64,000 nucleotides of DNA. It comes from Trueperaceae bacterium. Lineage in GTDB: Bacteria; Deinococcota; Deinococci; Deinococcales; Trueperaceae. Location: positions 160,001-224,000 of the forward strand of contig JAXHNB010000005.1 in assembly GCA_034520945.1 (NCBI GenBank). Reading direction: 5' to 3'. Below the pieces are notes generated by a model. The model did no database searches, was not told the origin of the DNA, and was given only the letters and a program-made list of their open reading frames with translations. The position numbers and the translations under genes are program-made. Of the stretch, positions 50,866 to 61,298 are shown piece by piece; within the stretch, counting starts at the first letter, position 1; every line of letters begins with the position of its first letter.

Positions 50866-52667
50866 TGCCCCGACGAGAAGGAGGCAGCCAGACGACGTTT
50901 CCCGACCTCGCACCGTTCTCGTTCTTCACCGGCAAGGGCGGCGTCGGCAAGACCTCCCTCGCCTGCGCCACGGCCGTGTCCCTGGCCGACGAGGGTCGCC
51001 GCGTGCTGCTGGTCAGCACCGATCCCGCCTCGAACGTCGCTCAGGTGTTGGAGACGCCGGTCGGCCCCAGGATCACCCCGATCGAGGCGGTTCCGGGCCT
51101 GGACGCCATCGAGATCGATCCCGCCTCGGCGGCCGCCGATTACCGTGAACGCATCGTGGGGCCCCTACGCGACGCCATGCCCGCCAAGGCGCTGGCCGGC
51201 ATCGAGGAGCAACTCTCCGGCGCGTGCACCACCGAGATCGCCGCCTTCGACGAGTTCACGACGCTCCTCACCGATGACGCGCTGCGCGCCGAGTACGACC
51301 ACATCGTGTTCGACACGGCCCCCACCGGACACACCATTCGCCTGTTGCAGCTGTCCGGCGCATGGTCGTCCTTCCTGGAGAACGGCTCGGGCGATGCGTC
51401 GTGCTTGGGGCCGCTCGCGGGGCTCGAGAAGCAACGCGCGCGCTACGCCGCGGCCGTCGAACGGCTCGCGGACCCCGATCGTACCCAGCTCATCCTGGTG
51501 GCGCGGCCCCAGCGATCCTCGCTGGACGAGCTGGCCCGCACCTCACGCGAACTGGCCGCGATCGGCCTGAACAACCAACGTCTCGCCATCAACGGCCGCC
51601 TGAGCGGCGAACCGCACGGCGACCGCCTGGCGATGGCGCTGCAAAGACGCGAAGCCGAGGCGCTCGCCAGCATGGATCCAGCGCTCGCCGCCCTCCCGCG
51701 TCGCGAGTTCCCCCTTCGCGCCGACGAGCTGATGGGCGTCGCCGCGTTGCGACGCTACGCCGCAAACGCGCCCGCCCCCGCGCTGGGTCACGCGCCCAGC
51801 CCCCAGGACGAGGCCTGGCCCGCCCTCAGCGAGTTGATCGACGACCTCGAGGCGCCCGGCGCGGGACTGGTGATGTTCCTTGGCAAGGGCGGCGTGGGCA
51901 AGACGACCATGGCCGCGGCGGTCGCCACCGAACTGGCGCGCCGGGGGCATGAGGTGCTGCTCACGACGACGGACCCGGCGGCCCATCTCGCCTCGACCTT
52001 GGGCGACGGGATGTCATCCCTGGAGGTCGATCGCATCGATCCCGCCGAGGCGACCGAACGCTACCGCCAGCACGTCCTCCAGACGAAGGGCCAGGGCCTG
52101 GGGCCGGACGCGCGCGCCGCGCTGGAGGAGGATCTCCGCTCGCCCTGCACCGAAGAGATCGCCGTGTTCCAAGCGTTCGCGAAGGCGGTTCGCGACAGCG
52201 CCCGACGCTTCGTGGTCATGGACACGGCGCCGACCGGGCACACGCTGTTGTTGTTGGACGCGGCAGGGTCCTACCACCGCGAGGTGCTTCGTCATGCGAC
52301 CGACACCATGCGGGAGCGCATGACCACGCCCATGATGCGCCTTCAGGACCCCGCGCGGACCAAGCTCCTCATCACCACGTTGCCGGAGACGACCCCGATG
52401 CTGGAGGCGGCCGACCTGCAGGACGACCTTCGCCGCGCGGGCATCGAGCCGTGGGCATGGATCGTGAACGCGAGCCTGTCCGCTGCGGACACCGGCCACC
52501 CGGTGCTCCGTCGGCGCGCCGACGCGGAGCGGGACAAGATTCGACGCTTGACGCGCGACGGGTGGGCAAGTCGGTATGCCGTGGTGCCGATGCTCGCCGA
52601 CGAGCCGGTCGGGACCTCGGGGTTGCGGGGCGTGTTGGCGCCCGCCGTGCCCGCGTCCGCTGGTTGA
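50865..52667 (+). CDS. arsA: Arsenical pump-driving ATPase
   Basis: Two GKGGVGKT, two DTAPTGHT, SGACT, SCLGP, SPCTEE. Confidence 0.97.
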   Translation: MPRREGGSQTTFPDLAPFSFFTGKGGVGKTSLACATAVSLADEGRRVLLVSTDPASNVAQVLETPVGPRITPIEAVPGLDAIEIDPASAAADYRERIVGPLRDAMPAKALAGIEEQLSGACTTEIAAFDEFTTLLTDDALRAEYDHIVFDTAPTGHTIRLLQLSGAWSSFLENGSGDASCLGPLAGLEKQRARYAAAVERLADPDRTQLILVARPQRSSLDELARTSRELAAIGLNNQRLAINGRLSGEPHGDRLAMALQRREAEALASMDPALAALPRREFPLRADELMGVAALRRYAANAPAPALGHAPSPQDEAWPALSELIDDLEAPGAGLVMFLGKGGVGKTTMAAAVATELARRGHEVLLTTTDPAAHLASTLGDGMSSLEVDRIDPAEATERYRQHVLQTKGQGLGPDARAALEEDLRSPCTEEIAVFQAFAKAVRDSARRFVVMDTAPTGHTLLLLDAAGSYHREVLRHATDTMRERMTTPMMRLQDPARTKLLITTLPETTPMLEAADLQDDLRRAGIEPWAWIVNASLSAADTGHPVLRRRADAERDKIRRLTRDGWASRYAVVPMLADEPVGTSGLRGVLAPAVPASAG

Positions 52668-52772
52668 CGGACGCGGGTGGCCTCGTTGGGGGACCGTATC
52701 CACAGGCGTCGCCCCTGCAGGCAGAGCCCCGCAGATGGACCGAGGCGACCCGGAAAGTACGAGGCGATCACC

Positions 52773-54035
52773 ATGTGGACACGCGCCATGATCTTCGCAC
52801 TGAGCGTCGCCCTCTTCGGCCACGCGGGCGCGCAACCCCGCGCCCTCGACACGCTGGGGGTGGACACCGAGCAGGCCACCATTCCCGTCGACGAGATCAT
52901 GAGTGGCGGCCCCCCGCCCCAAGGCATTCCCGCACTCGGGTTCACCGGTGACCGCGCCGGGGCGGCGCGCCCCAGCCCGGCGCCCAGCTTCGTCGATCAG
53001 GACGTGGCGTCGGACTGGTTGGCGCCGCAAGAGCCCGTCATCCTGCTCGACGTCGGGGGCGAGGCCCGCATCTACCCGCTGCAGATCCTCACCTGGCACG
53101 AGATCGTGAACGACACCGTCGCAGGCGTGCCCGTCGCCGTCACCTTCTGCCCGCTGTGCAACAGCGCCCTGGCGTTCGATCGCCGCGTGCCCGTGAGCGA
53201 GGAGCAGGTGGACGCCGTTCGTGCACTCGACGGCGACGCCACGTTCACGGAGTTCCCAGGCGACCTCGCCGAACGCTACATGGCGCAGACGCGGCGCGAC
53301 ACGGCGCCCGAGCAGGGACTCGAGGTCACCTTCGGCGTTTCGGGTCTGCTGTACGCCTCGAACCTGCTGATGTTCGACACCGCCAGCAGCACGCTGTGGT
53401 CGCAGGCGATCGGCGAGGGCACCGTCGGCACGCTGGCCGGCACCGACCTGGTGCGCTACCCCGCCCCCATCGTCTCGTTCGAGGACGCGCGCCAGGCCCA
53501 CCCCGGCGCGTCGGTGCTGTCCCGCGACACGGGCTTCCAACGCGCGTACGGCAGCAACCCGTACGTCGGGTACGACGACGTCGGCTCGCCGGCGTTCCTG
53601 TTCCGCGGCGAGACCGACGGGCGGCTGGAGGCCAAGGCACGCGTCGTCACCTTCGAGCTCGGCGGCGAGCCGGTGGCGTATCCCTTCGAGGTGCTCCAAG
53701 AGGTGCGGGTCGTCAACGACGAGGTCGGGGGCGTGCCGGTCGTGGTGGTCTGGCAGCCCGGCACGCGTAGCGCCCTCGACGCCCGCCAGATCGCCCAGAG
53801 CGAGGACGTGGGCGCCGTGAACGTGTTCCGCCGCACCGTGGACGGGCGTACCGCGACCTTCGCCTGGGACGGCGACGCGGTCGTGGACGAGGCGACCGGC
53901 TCGGCGTGGGACCTGTTCGGGCGCGCCGTGGCGGGCGAGCTGGCGGGACATACGTTGGAGGCGGTTCCGCACGAAAACACGCTATGGTTCGCCTGGGCCG
54001 CGTTCGAGCCCGAGACGAGGATCTTTGAAAGGTAG
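52773..54035 (+). CDS. DUF3179 family secreted protein (CPLC motif)
   Basis: SGGPPPQGIP, WHEIVND, TFCPLCNS, FGVSGLLY.SNL, WFAW.AF.P. Confidence 0.88.
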   Translation: MWTRAMIFALSVALFGHAGAQPRALDTLGVDTEQATIPVDEIMSGGPPPQGIPALGFTGDRAGAARPSPAPSFVDQDVASDWLAPQEPVILLDVGGEARIYPLQILTWHEIVNDTVAGVPVAVTFCPLCNSALAFDRRVPVSEEQVDAVRALDGDATFTEFPGDLAERYMAQTRRDTAPEQGLEVTFGVSGLLYASNLLMFDTASSTLWSQAIGEGTVGTLAGTDLVRYPAPIVSFEDARQAHPGASVLSRDTGFQRAYGSNPYVGYDDVGSPAFLFRGETDGRLEAKARVVTFELGGEPVAYPFEVLQEVRVVNDEVGGVPVVVVWQPGTRSALDARQIAQSEDVGAVNVFRRTVDGRTATFAWDGDAVVDEATGSAWDLFGRAVAGELAGHTLEAVPHENTLWFAWAAFEPETRIFER

Positions 54036-54038
54036 ACG

Positions 54039-54551
54039 ATGCGACGAATCATGATCATCACGCTGGCGTTGGCCCTGGGTGCGCTGGCCTTCGCCCAGCG
54101 GGCCGGCGACGCCGTTCCGGAGTTCACGCTCGTGGACGCGCACGGCGAGGTCGTCCGGCCGCAGGAGTACCTCGGCGCACCGCTGCTGATCAATTTCTGG
54201 GCGACCTGGTGCGGACCGTGCAAGGAGGAGCTCCCGCTATTCCAGGAGGCGTACGAGGAGACCGATCAGCTTCAGATGTTGCTGATCAACCTGGGCGAGG
54301 ATCGCGACGTCGCCCAGAACTATCTCGACGAGCAGCAGGTGACGTTGCGCACCGCCGTCGATCCGTACGCAGGCGTGGGTGCGGATGCCGAGGAGACGGG
54401 CGCGGTGGCGCGCCGCTACCGCGTGCTGGGGCTCCCCACCACGGTGTTCGTGGACGCGGACGGCGTCATCCGCGACGTCCGGATCGGCCAGGTGCTGCCG
54501 AACCAGTTGGCGGACGGCCTCGCCAAGATCGACGTGGTCTGGCGTCCCTGA
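54039..54551 (+). CDS. TlpA/ResA-like thiol-disulfide oxidoreductase
   Basis: Signal peptide; NFWATWCGPC, GLPTT.FVD. Confidence 0.92.
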   Translation: MRRIMIITLALALGALAFAQRAGDAVPEFTLVDAHGEVVRPQEYLGAPLLINFWATWCGPCKEELPLFQEAYEETDQLQMLLINLGEDRDVAQNYLDEQQVTLRTAVDPYAGVGADAEETGAVARRYRVLGLPTTVFVDADGVIRDVRIGQVLPNQLADGLAKIDVVWRP

Positions 54552-54591
54552 GTCGGGGCGTCAGGCCGTCGCGGCCCGCACCCCGCTCGGC

Positions 54592-54897
54592 TCAGTCGGA
54601 GCCGTCCGCACGCTGCGCCGCCGAATGTTTGCGCATCTGTCCGACCGGGTTGGCGACGGCGTGCCGCGCGGCGGCCCAGGCCTTCTTCCGTTCGCGCTCG
54701 TCGGGATCCAGCTCGTCGTCACGGAGGTCGGCGCAGCGGGCGACCTCGTCCTCGTTGGCGGCGAGCACCATGTTCAGGACCGCGTGGAGGGAATCGCGGA
54801 CGGCCAACCCTTCGCGGAGCATGTCCTGCATCTCCAGCACGCGGTCGACCAGTTCGGCGTGCGTCATGGCCTCGAGTTCCGACCGGGTTCGCTGCAT
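54592..54897 (-). CDS. Hypothetical helical protein
   Basis: GGAGG RBS before ATG; helical acidic ORF in a gap between convergent/divergent genes. Confidence 0.7.
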   Translation of the reverse strand: MQRTRSELEAMTHAELVDRVLEMQDMLREGLAVRDSLHAVLNMVLAANEDEVARCADLRDDELDPDERERKKAWAAARHAVANPVGQMRKHSAAQRADGSD

Positions 54898-54959
54898 GCG
54901 GCCTCCGGCGGTCACTCTACACGCTCGGGTGCCGGCCGGTCGCCCGGGTATGGTGCGTC

Positions 54960-56321
54960 ATGTTCCGAACGCCTGGCGCAACGCCCGCCAACCCGACCCT
55001 GACCGAGCTGGCGGCCGCCTACCGCGAGGGGCGCACCACCCCCGGCGAGGCGACCGAGGCCTACCTGGCGAGGATCGAGCCCGGACCGGTGTTCCGCACA
55101 CTCACGGCGGAGCGGGCCCGGGCGCAGGCGCGTCGCGCCGAGCGCGCCTTCGAAGCCGGCGTCGACCTCGGCCCCCTGCAGGGCATCCCGTTGGCGGTGA
55201 AGGACCTGCTGGACATGGAAGGGGAGGTGAGCGCCGCCGGCTCGGCCGCGCTGCTGGCCGCCGGCCGCGTCGCGGAAACGGACGCGCCGCTGATCGCCCG
55301 CCTGGACGAGGCCGGCGCGGTGTTCCTGGGGCGGACCCAGATGACCGAGCTCGCCTTCTCCGGCTTGGGCCTCAATCCGCACTTCGGTACGCCGGGCTGC
55401 GTGGCCGACCCGGCACGGGTACCCGGCGGGTCCTCCTCCGGATCGTCGGTGGCGGTGGCGTCCGGCATGGCCTGCGCGGCGCTGGGCTCCGACACCGGGG
55501 GGTCGGTACGGATCCCCGCCGCGTTCCAGGGGTTGGTGGGCCTGAAGACGACCGACCGGGACCTCCCGACCGAGGGGGTGGTGCCGCTGTCCACGACCCT
55601 GGACACGGTGGGGCCCATCGCCCGCACCCCCGAGGACGCCTGGCACCTGTGGCGCGCCATGAAGGCGTGGGGGCCCGAGCCGCCCCCCGCCGCACCGGGG
55701 GCGCTCACGCTATGGGCGCCGCCGACGGTACTGCAGGAGGGGCTCGATCCGGAGGTGGCGCGCGCGTTCGATGCGGCCACGGCGTCGCTGGAGGCGGCCG
55801 GTCATACGGTGATCCGGGACGAGCTGCCTGCGCTGCGCGAGTTGCACGAGCTGTACGGGCGGTACGGCAGCTTTGCCGCGTACGAGGCGCTGGCGATGTA
55901 CGAGGACCTTCTCGAGCAGGAAGGCGTCCGCGTGGATCCGCGCGTGTCGAGCCGCATCCTGGCGGTGCGAGGCCGGCCCGCGACCGACTACCTGCGCCTG
56001 GGCTACGCCCGGACCCGCTTGGCGCGGACCTTCTGGGACGAGGCGCGGCGCGCGGACGCCGTGATCGCTCCGACCGTGCAGGTCCAACCGCCCTACCGGG
56101 CGCCGCTCGAGCGGAGCGACGAGGCGTACGTCCGCGCCAACGCGGCCGTGCTGCGCAACACCACCGTGTTCAACCTGGCATCGGGTCCCGCGGTGCAGGT
56201 GCCGATCGGACGCTGCGAGGCGGGGCTCCCGGTGGGCGGCATGGTCGCGGCGCCGCCCGGACGGGAAGCGCAGGTGCTGGCGGTGGCGACGCGCTGGCAG
56301 GAGGCGCTGGCGGACGGGTAG
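54960..56321 (+). CDS. Amidase-signature family protein
   Basis: AVKDL, PGGSSSGS, GSDTGGSVRIPAA. Confidence 0.93.
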   Translation: MFRTPGATPANPTLTELAAAYREGRTTPGEATEAYLARIEPGPVFRTLTAERARAQARRAERAFEAGVDLGPLQGIPLAVKDLLDMEGEVSAAGSAALLAAGRVAETDAPLIARLDEAGAVFLGRTQMTELAFSGLGLNPHFGTPGCVADPARVPGGSSSGSSVAVASGMACAALGSDTGGSVRIPAAFQGLVGLKTTDRDLPTEGVVPLSTTLDTVGPIARTPEDAWHLWRAMKAWGPEPPPAAPGALTLWAPPTVLQEGLDPEVARAFDAATASLEAAGHTVIRDELPALRELHELYGRYGSFAAYEALAMYEDLLEQEGVRVDPRVSSRILAVRGRPATDYLRLGYARTRLARTFWDEARRADAVIAPTVQVQPPYRAPLERSDEAYVRANAAVLRNTTVFNLASGPAVQVPIGRCEAGLPVGGMVAAPPGREAQVLAVATRWQEALADG

Positions 56322-56330
56322 GGCTGCGCG

Positions 56331-57236
56331 TCAGGTACCACCGCCCGGCTCGGCCGCAGCGGCCGGCGCGCGCAGCGCCCGGCCGGCCAGGAGGCCGAAC
56401 GCGGTGGCCATGCTGCTGGCGTACTTGACCAGCACGTCGGTCGTGATCACCTGACCCATCCATGAAAGCGTCGCGAACGGGGCCCCGGCGAAGGCCAGCA
56501 CCGTGAACAGGATCGTGTCCAACGGGGCGGAGACGGCGTTCGAGGAGGCGACCCGTGCCAGCCACGGGTGGCGCAGCATGCGCTGGTAGATCTCCGTGTC
56601 CGCGCTCTCGGAGGCCACGATCGCCAGGAACCCCACCGCCACGTACCGCAGGGGGGTGCCGACCGTCAATGCAGCGGCGACGTTGGCCACCGCCGCCAAC
56701 ACGATCATGCGGTACACCACCGCGCGTCCGAAGCGGTGCACGCGGTCGCGCTGCGTGAAGGTCACCCCGAAGAACAACGTGCCCACGTTCACCAGGAACC
56801 AGTCGCCGAGGGGAAGGAAGGCGTCGAAGGTGTAGTTGGCCAGCAGCGTGGAGGCCGTGTACACGCTGATCGCCCCCCACATCTCCGCCCGTCGCGCTGA
56901 CGGCAGGGCGAGGAGCAGGCCCGACGCCAGCGCCACGCCGGGCGCCGCCAGGTCCCGTGCGGGCAGGAGCGTGACGCCAAGGAGCAGGCAGACCGCCGCG
57001 CCCGACGCCAGCGTGACGGCGCCGAGGCGGCCTTGGCGGCGTAGCGGACCCGCCAGCGCGTCGCCGAACAGCGCGCCGAAGAACGCCAATTCGGCCCACG
57101 GAAGCCTGTCCGCTGGGTCCTGACCGAAGCCGGCCATCCAACGCAAGGCGCTCACGCCGAGCAGGATCAGGGGCGGCAGCAATGCCAGCCGCGACCATTC
57201 CAGCGACCGGCCGAATCGAGCGAAACGATGCGTCAT
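56331..57236 (-). CDS. VUT/YhhQ family (queuosine precursor) transporter with extra N-terminal TM region
   Basis: [39 protein letters not shown]. Confidence 0.8.
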   Translation of the reverse strand: MTHRFARFGRSLEWSRLALLPPLILLGVSALRWMAGFGQDPADRLPWAELAFFGALFGDALAGPLRRQGRLGAVTLASGAAVCLLLGVTLLPARDLAAPGVALASGLLLALPSARRAEMWGAISVYTASTLLANYTFDAFLPLGDWFLVNVGTLFFGVTFTQRDRVHRFGRAVVYRMIVLAAVANVAAALTVGTPLRYVAVGFLAIVASESADTEIYQRMLRHPWLARVASSNAVSAPLDTILFTVLAFAGAPFATLSWMGQVITTDVLVKYASSMATAFGLLAGRALRAPAAAAEPGGGT

Positions 57237-57309
57237 CGCACCCTCCGGGGTGGCGCCCGGACGTGGCCCGGACCGTTCCGGGCGGGCCTCTCCGGATTCG
57301 AATCGGGAA

Positions 57310-57335
57310 CGCCCCCCGGACGGATCCGGGGGGCG
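57310..57335 (-). terminator. Hairpin after tRNA-Pro
   Basis: CGCCCCCCGGA-CGGA-TCCGGGGGGCG. Confidence 0.6.
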
Positions 57336-57339
57336 GCTG

Positions 57340-57416
<77 letters not shown>

Positions 57417-57453
57417 GTGCAGCGCACGATGCTACCAGCGTAGGTCGGGCCGG

Positions 57454-57975
57454 TCAAGGCGGATCGTCGTCCGCGTCCGGGGGCAACGCGGCCTCGACGG
57501 CCCGCTGCACCACGTCGCCGTCGAACCCGCGTCGCGTCAGGAAACCCGCCGCCTTGGCGCGGTCCTTGCGACGGTCGCCGCTGGCGAAGCGCCACGCGTG
57601 CTTTCGCAGCACGGCAGTGGCGGCCTCGTTTTGCTGCGCGTCGTCGAGGGGCGCCAGCGCGGCGGCGCGCGCCTCCTCCGCCACGCCGCGTCGCGCCATG
57701 TCCCGTTCCAACGCCCGCCGGCCCTTGCGGTGCGCGTGGGCCCGGACGAACGCCTCGGCGACCCGCCCGTCGTCGAGGAGGTCCAGTTCGGCCAGGCGCG
57801 CCAGGGCTGCCTCAGCGACGCCCGCCGGGACGCCCTTCCGGGCCAGGCGACCGTGCAGCTCGGCGCGCGCGTAGTCGCGCCGTGCCAACAACGACAGCAG
57901 GTAGCGGACCGCGCGCCCTTCGTCCCAGTCCCGGCCGCGGCGACGATCGTCCTTCCTGGTGGCGCTGGGCGTCAC
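57454..57975 (-). CDS. recX: Regulatory protein RecX
   Basis: LLARRDY..AEL..RL, LDD.R.AE, RRGV, FLTRRGF. Confidence 0.92.
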   Translation of the reverse strand: MTPSATRKDDRRRGRDWDEGRAVRYLLSLLARRDYARAELHGRLARKGVPAGVAEAALARLAELDLLDDGRVAEAFVRAHAHRKGRRALERDMARRGVAEEARAAALAPLDDAQQNEAATAVLRKHAWRFASGDRRKDRAKAAGFLTRRGFDGDVVQRAVEAALPPDADDDPP

Positions 57976-59150
57976 CGCAGCACCGAGCTGGGGTCCAGGC
58001 CCGCCGCGCGGCGCGCCGGCAACAGGCCGGCCAAGGCGCTGGTCGTCAGCGACAGGGCGCACACCCAGGCCACGTCGAACGCTTGGACCTGGACGGGCAG
58101 CTGGGTGATGAAGTACAGGTCTCCGGGCAGCGGGAACGGTTGCAGGCGGAAGTAGGTGCTGGCCGCCACGCCGAGGGCGGTGCCCAACAGGGTGCCCGCC
58201 CCGCCCAGGATGGCGCCCTCCAGCGCGAAGGTGGCGAGGACCTGAGCTTGGCTGGCGCCCATGGCGCGCAGCACGGCGATCTCGGCGGTCTTCTCGCTGA
58301 CCGTCAACACCAGGACGTTGGCGATGCCCATCGCGGCGACCAGCACGATCAGGAACACCACCACCGAAATGACCGCCTTCTGCAGGCGCAGCTGCGAGAC
58401 GAGCCCCCCGAACACCGAGCTCCATGCCGTCGAGCGCAGGCCGGTGGCGTCCGCCAACGCCAGCCCCACCGATTCGGCCTGCTCGGGATCCGTGATGCGC
58501 ACGTGGTAGCCGCTGATCTCGTTCTCGGCGTTCAGGTAGTCCTGCACGGCCTGCAACGAGGCGTAGGAGGCCACCCCGTCGATGAGCTCGTTGCCGACGC
58601 GGAAGCTGCCCAGGACCTCCAGCTGCCGCCGGTGGCCGCGGATGTCCTGGATCATCACCGAGTCGCCCTCCAGCACGCCCAGCTGCAGGGCGAGGGTGCC
58701 GCCCAGCAGCACCCCGTCCCGCGCTTCCAAGGTGGTGGCGGCGTCCTGGAGGGCGGGGAGGGACAACACCTCCACCTCGCGCGCGGGATCGATGCCGAGC
58801 AGCTGCGTGTACCCCTGTCGCCCTGAGACGCCCAGGCTGGCGTCGGCCCGGCGCGCGATCAACGCCTCGACCGCCAGGAACGGCGCCACCGCGACCACGC
58901 CGGGGTGCTCCGCGATGCGCGCCTGGGCGCCTGCGTCCTGCGGCATGCGGCCGCCCGAGGCGTAGGTCCGGAGCGTCACGTGCGGGGTGGCGCGCAAGGT
59001 GCTGCTGAGCAGCTCGTCGATGAATCCGTTGGTGAGGGAGAGGGCGAGGATCAACACACCCACGCCGACCGCTACGCCGGCGATGGTCAGCACCGTTTGC
59101 AACAGCCGCCGGCGCACGTGCGCCAAGGCGAGGTAGAGGGGAAGCGGCAC
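57972..59150 (-). CDS. LolC/E-type (FtsX-like) ABC permease
   Basis: L.NGF, EIAVLRAMGA, Y.I..LPV, PARRAA.LDP..VLR; TACACT 7 nt before GTG. Confidence 0.88.
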   Translation of the reverse strand: MPLPLYLALAHVRRRLLQTVLTIAGVAVGVGVLILALSLTNGFIDELLSSTLRATPHVTLRTYASGGRMPQDAGAQARIAEHPGVVAVAPFLAVEALIARRADASLGVSGRQGYTQLLGIDPAREVEVLSLPALQDAATTLEARDGVLLGGTLALQLGVLEGDSVMIQDIRGHRRQLEVLGSFRVGNELIDGVASYASLQAVQDYLNAENEISGYHVRITDPEQAESVGLALADATGLRSTAWSSVFGGLVSQLRLQKAVISVVVFLIVLVAAMGIANVLVLTVSEKTAEIAVLRAMGASQAQVLATFALEGAILGGAGTLLGTALGVAASTYFRLQPFPLPGDLYFITQLPVQVQAFDVAWVCALSLTTSALAGLLPARRAAGLDPSSVLR

Positions 59151-59256
59151 GCCCTGGAGTGTACCGCGCGCCCACCCGTCGCCCGGTCGCCGTTCATGAC
59201 GCCGGACGGGCGAAGCTCGGCGCCGGCCGTGCCCCCCCGCACGGGGGCCGAGGGGT

Positions 59257-59877
59257 TCAGTGCACGGACGCTGCCAGGACGGGGCGACCTTCGAACGACG
59301 GCGACGCGGCGTCGGGATCCAAATGGGGACCGTCGTAGCCGTAGCGGACGACCTCGACCTCGACCTCGCGCACGCCCCAGTTCACGGCGCTGGCGTGGTC
59401 GCCGAACCACACGTCGACCTGCTCGTGCTTGCGGGGGTGCATGGTGTCCTCGACGACGAAGATGCCTTGCGCGTCCAGGACCTGTTGGAAGTGCCCCTCG
59501 CCCCCGCCGCCGTGGTAGCCGCCCAGGTCGCGGAGGCGCACCAGCGAGCCGTAGGGAAGCTCGCCTTGCAGAAGGTCACGGCTGGCGGCCAGCACGCCGA
59601 AGCGTGTGCGCGTGCCGGTGGCCGTGACGTGAGGCGCGCTGTCGGTCTGGGCGACGTGCGAGTTGTAGCCCGTCGCGCGCAACCGCATCGTCGGGTTGGC
59701 GACCGGGCCGAGCGTCTCCGCCGGCGGCGCCAGCGACGGGCGGGGTTCGTCCAGGACGACGACACGCGGCTCGACGTCGAGCCGCGTCATCTCGCCGCGG
59801 TCGGCACCGTACGCAGCGATGAGTAGGGCAACGACCAGGCCTAGCGCGCAGAACTTGGTTGCGACGTGCAGGGCCAT
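59257..59877 (-). CDS. 3D domain-containing secreted protein
   Basis: ATGYNS...QTD, TATG, A.SRD, LPYGS, VEDTM, VDVW. Confidence 0.85.
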   Translation of the reverse strand: MALHVATKFCALGLVVALLIAAYGADRGEMTRLDVEPRVVVLDEPRPSLAPPAETLGPVANPTMRLRATGYNSHVAQTDSAPHVTATGTRTRFGVLAASRDLLQGELPYGSLVRLRDLGGYHGGGGEGHFQQVLDAQGIFVVEDTMHPRKHEQVDVWFGDHASAVNWGVREVEVEVVRYGYDGPHLDPDAASPSFEGRPVLAASVH

Positions 59878-60024
59878 CGCCACCTCCAGGACCTTCGAGA
59901 CTAGCACTCGGCCCGAGAGAGTGATCGTTCGCGGGCGACAGGACCTACGGAATCGTCGTCCAGGACGGAGTGCGGCACCGTTCCCCCTGCCGCTGTGCCC
60001 GCCCCGCCGGGTACCATGGCCGAT

Positions 60025-61298
60025 ATGGAGCCGCAGATCGGGTTCGAACCGCTGGCCGAGGACGGCCGCGCGCGCCTGGGACGCCTCGGCACCGCGCACG
60101 GCACGGTCCTGACCCCGGCGTTCGTGGCGGTCGCCACGCGCGCCAGCGTGAAGAGCGTGCCGCCGGACGCGGCGCGGGCGGCCGGCACCCAGCTGCTGTT
60201 CGCGAACACGTACCACCTCTACCTGCGGCCCGGGGCCGAGGTGGTGGCCGCGCACGGCGGACTGCACCGCTTCATGAACTGGGACGGGCCGATCCTGACC
60301 GACTCGGGGGGGTTCCAGGTGTTCTCGCTCGGGGCGGGCCTGGAGCACGGCGTCGGCAAGATCGCCAGCATCTTTCCCGGCGAGGGCCCCGGCCCCGGCC
60401 AGGCGCGGGCGGGCGAGGGGATGGTGCGGATCGAGGAGGCGGGGGTGACGTTCAGGAGCCACGTCGACGGCAGCCGGCACGTCTTCACGCCCGAACGCGC
60501 TCGATCGAGGTGCAGCGGGCGCTGGGGGCCGACGTGACGCTGGCGTTCGACGAGTGCACCAGCCCCCTGCACGACGAGGCCTACACCGAAGCCAGCGCGG
60601 AGCGGACGCACCGCTGGGCGGCGCGCTCGCTGGAGGCGTTCCGGGCGCGACCGGCCCGCCACGGCTACCCCCAGGCGCTGTTCGGGATCGTGCAGGGGGG
60701 CGCGTTCGAGCGGGTGCGGGTCCGATCGGCCCGCGTGATCGGGGGCATGGGATTCGACGGCTTCGCGATCGGCGGCAATCTGGGCGACACCCACGCGGCG
60801 ATGCACCGCGTGTTGGACTGGACCGTGCCCGAACTGCCCGGCGGCGCGGCGCGTCACCTGCTGGGCATCGGCGACGTGCGCAACGTGTTCGAGGCGGTCG
60901 CGCGCGGCATCGACACCTTCGACTGCGTCGCGCCCACCCGGAACGCCCGCAACGGCGGGGTGCTGGCGCGCTTCGACGACGACGGGCGGCCGCTGACCGC
61001 GTTTCGCCGCAACCTCAAGAACGCGCGTTTCGCGGAGGACGTTCGGCCGATCGATCCGTCGTGCGACTGCCAGGCGTGCCGGCACTACTCCCGCGCCTAC
61101 CTGCGGCACCTGCTCAAGGCCGGTGAGCAGCTCGGGCAGCAGCTCGCGACGCTCCACAACCTCCGGTTCATGGCCCGGATGATGGAGGAGATCCGCACGT
61201 CCATCAGTGCGGGACGGTTTCATGACACCATGCGGGCGTGGCTCGAGCCGGCCTCCGAGGAGGCCCGCCGCGCCGCCGTGAAGGAGGGTCGGACGTGA
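60025..61298 (+). pseudogene. tgt: tRNA-guanine transglycosylase, frameshifted near 60498
   Basis: First frame: [25 protein letters not shown]; second frame: [35 protein letters not shown]. Confidence 0.85.

Noticed and set aside
57237..57310. preQ1 riboswitch before the VUT gene
   Set aside because: No small hairpin with A-rich tail typical of preQ1-I
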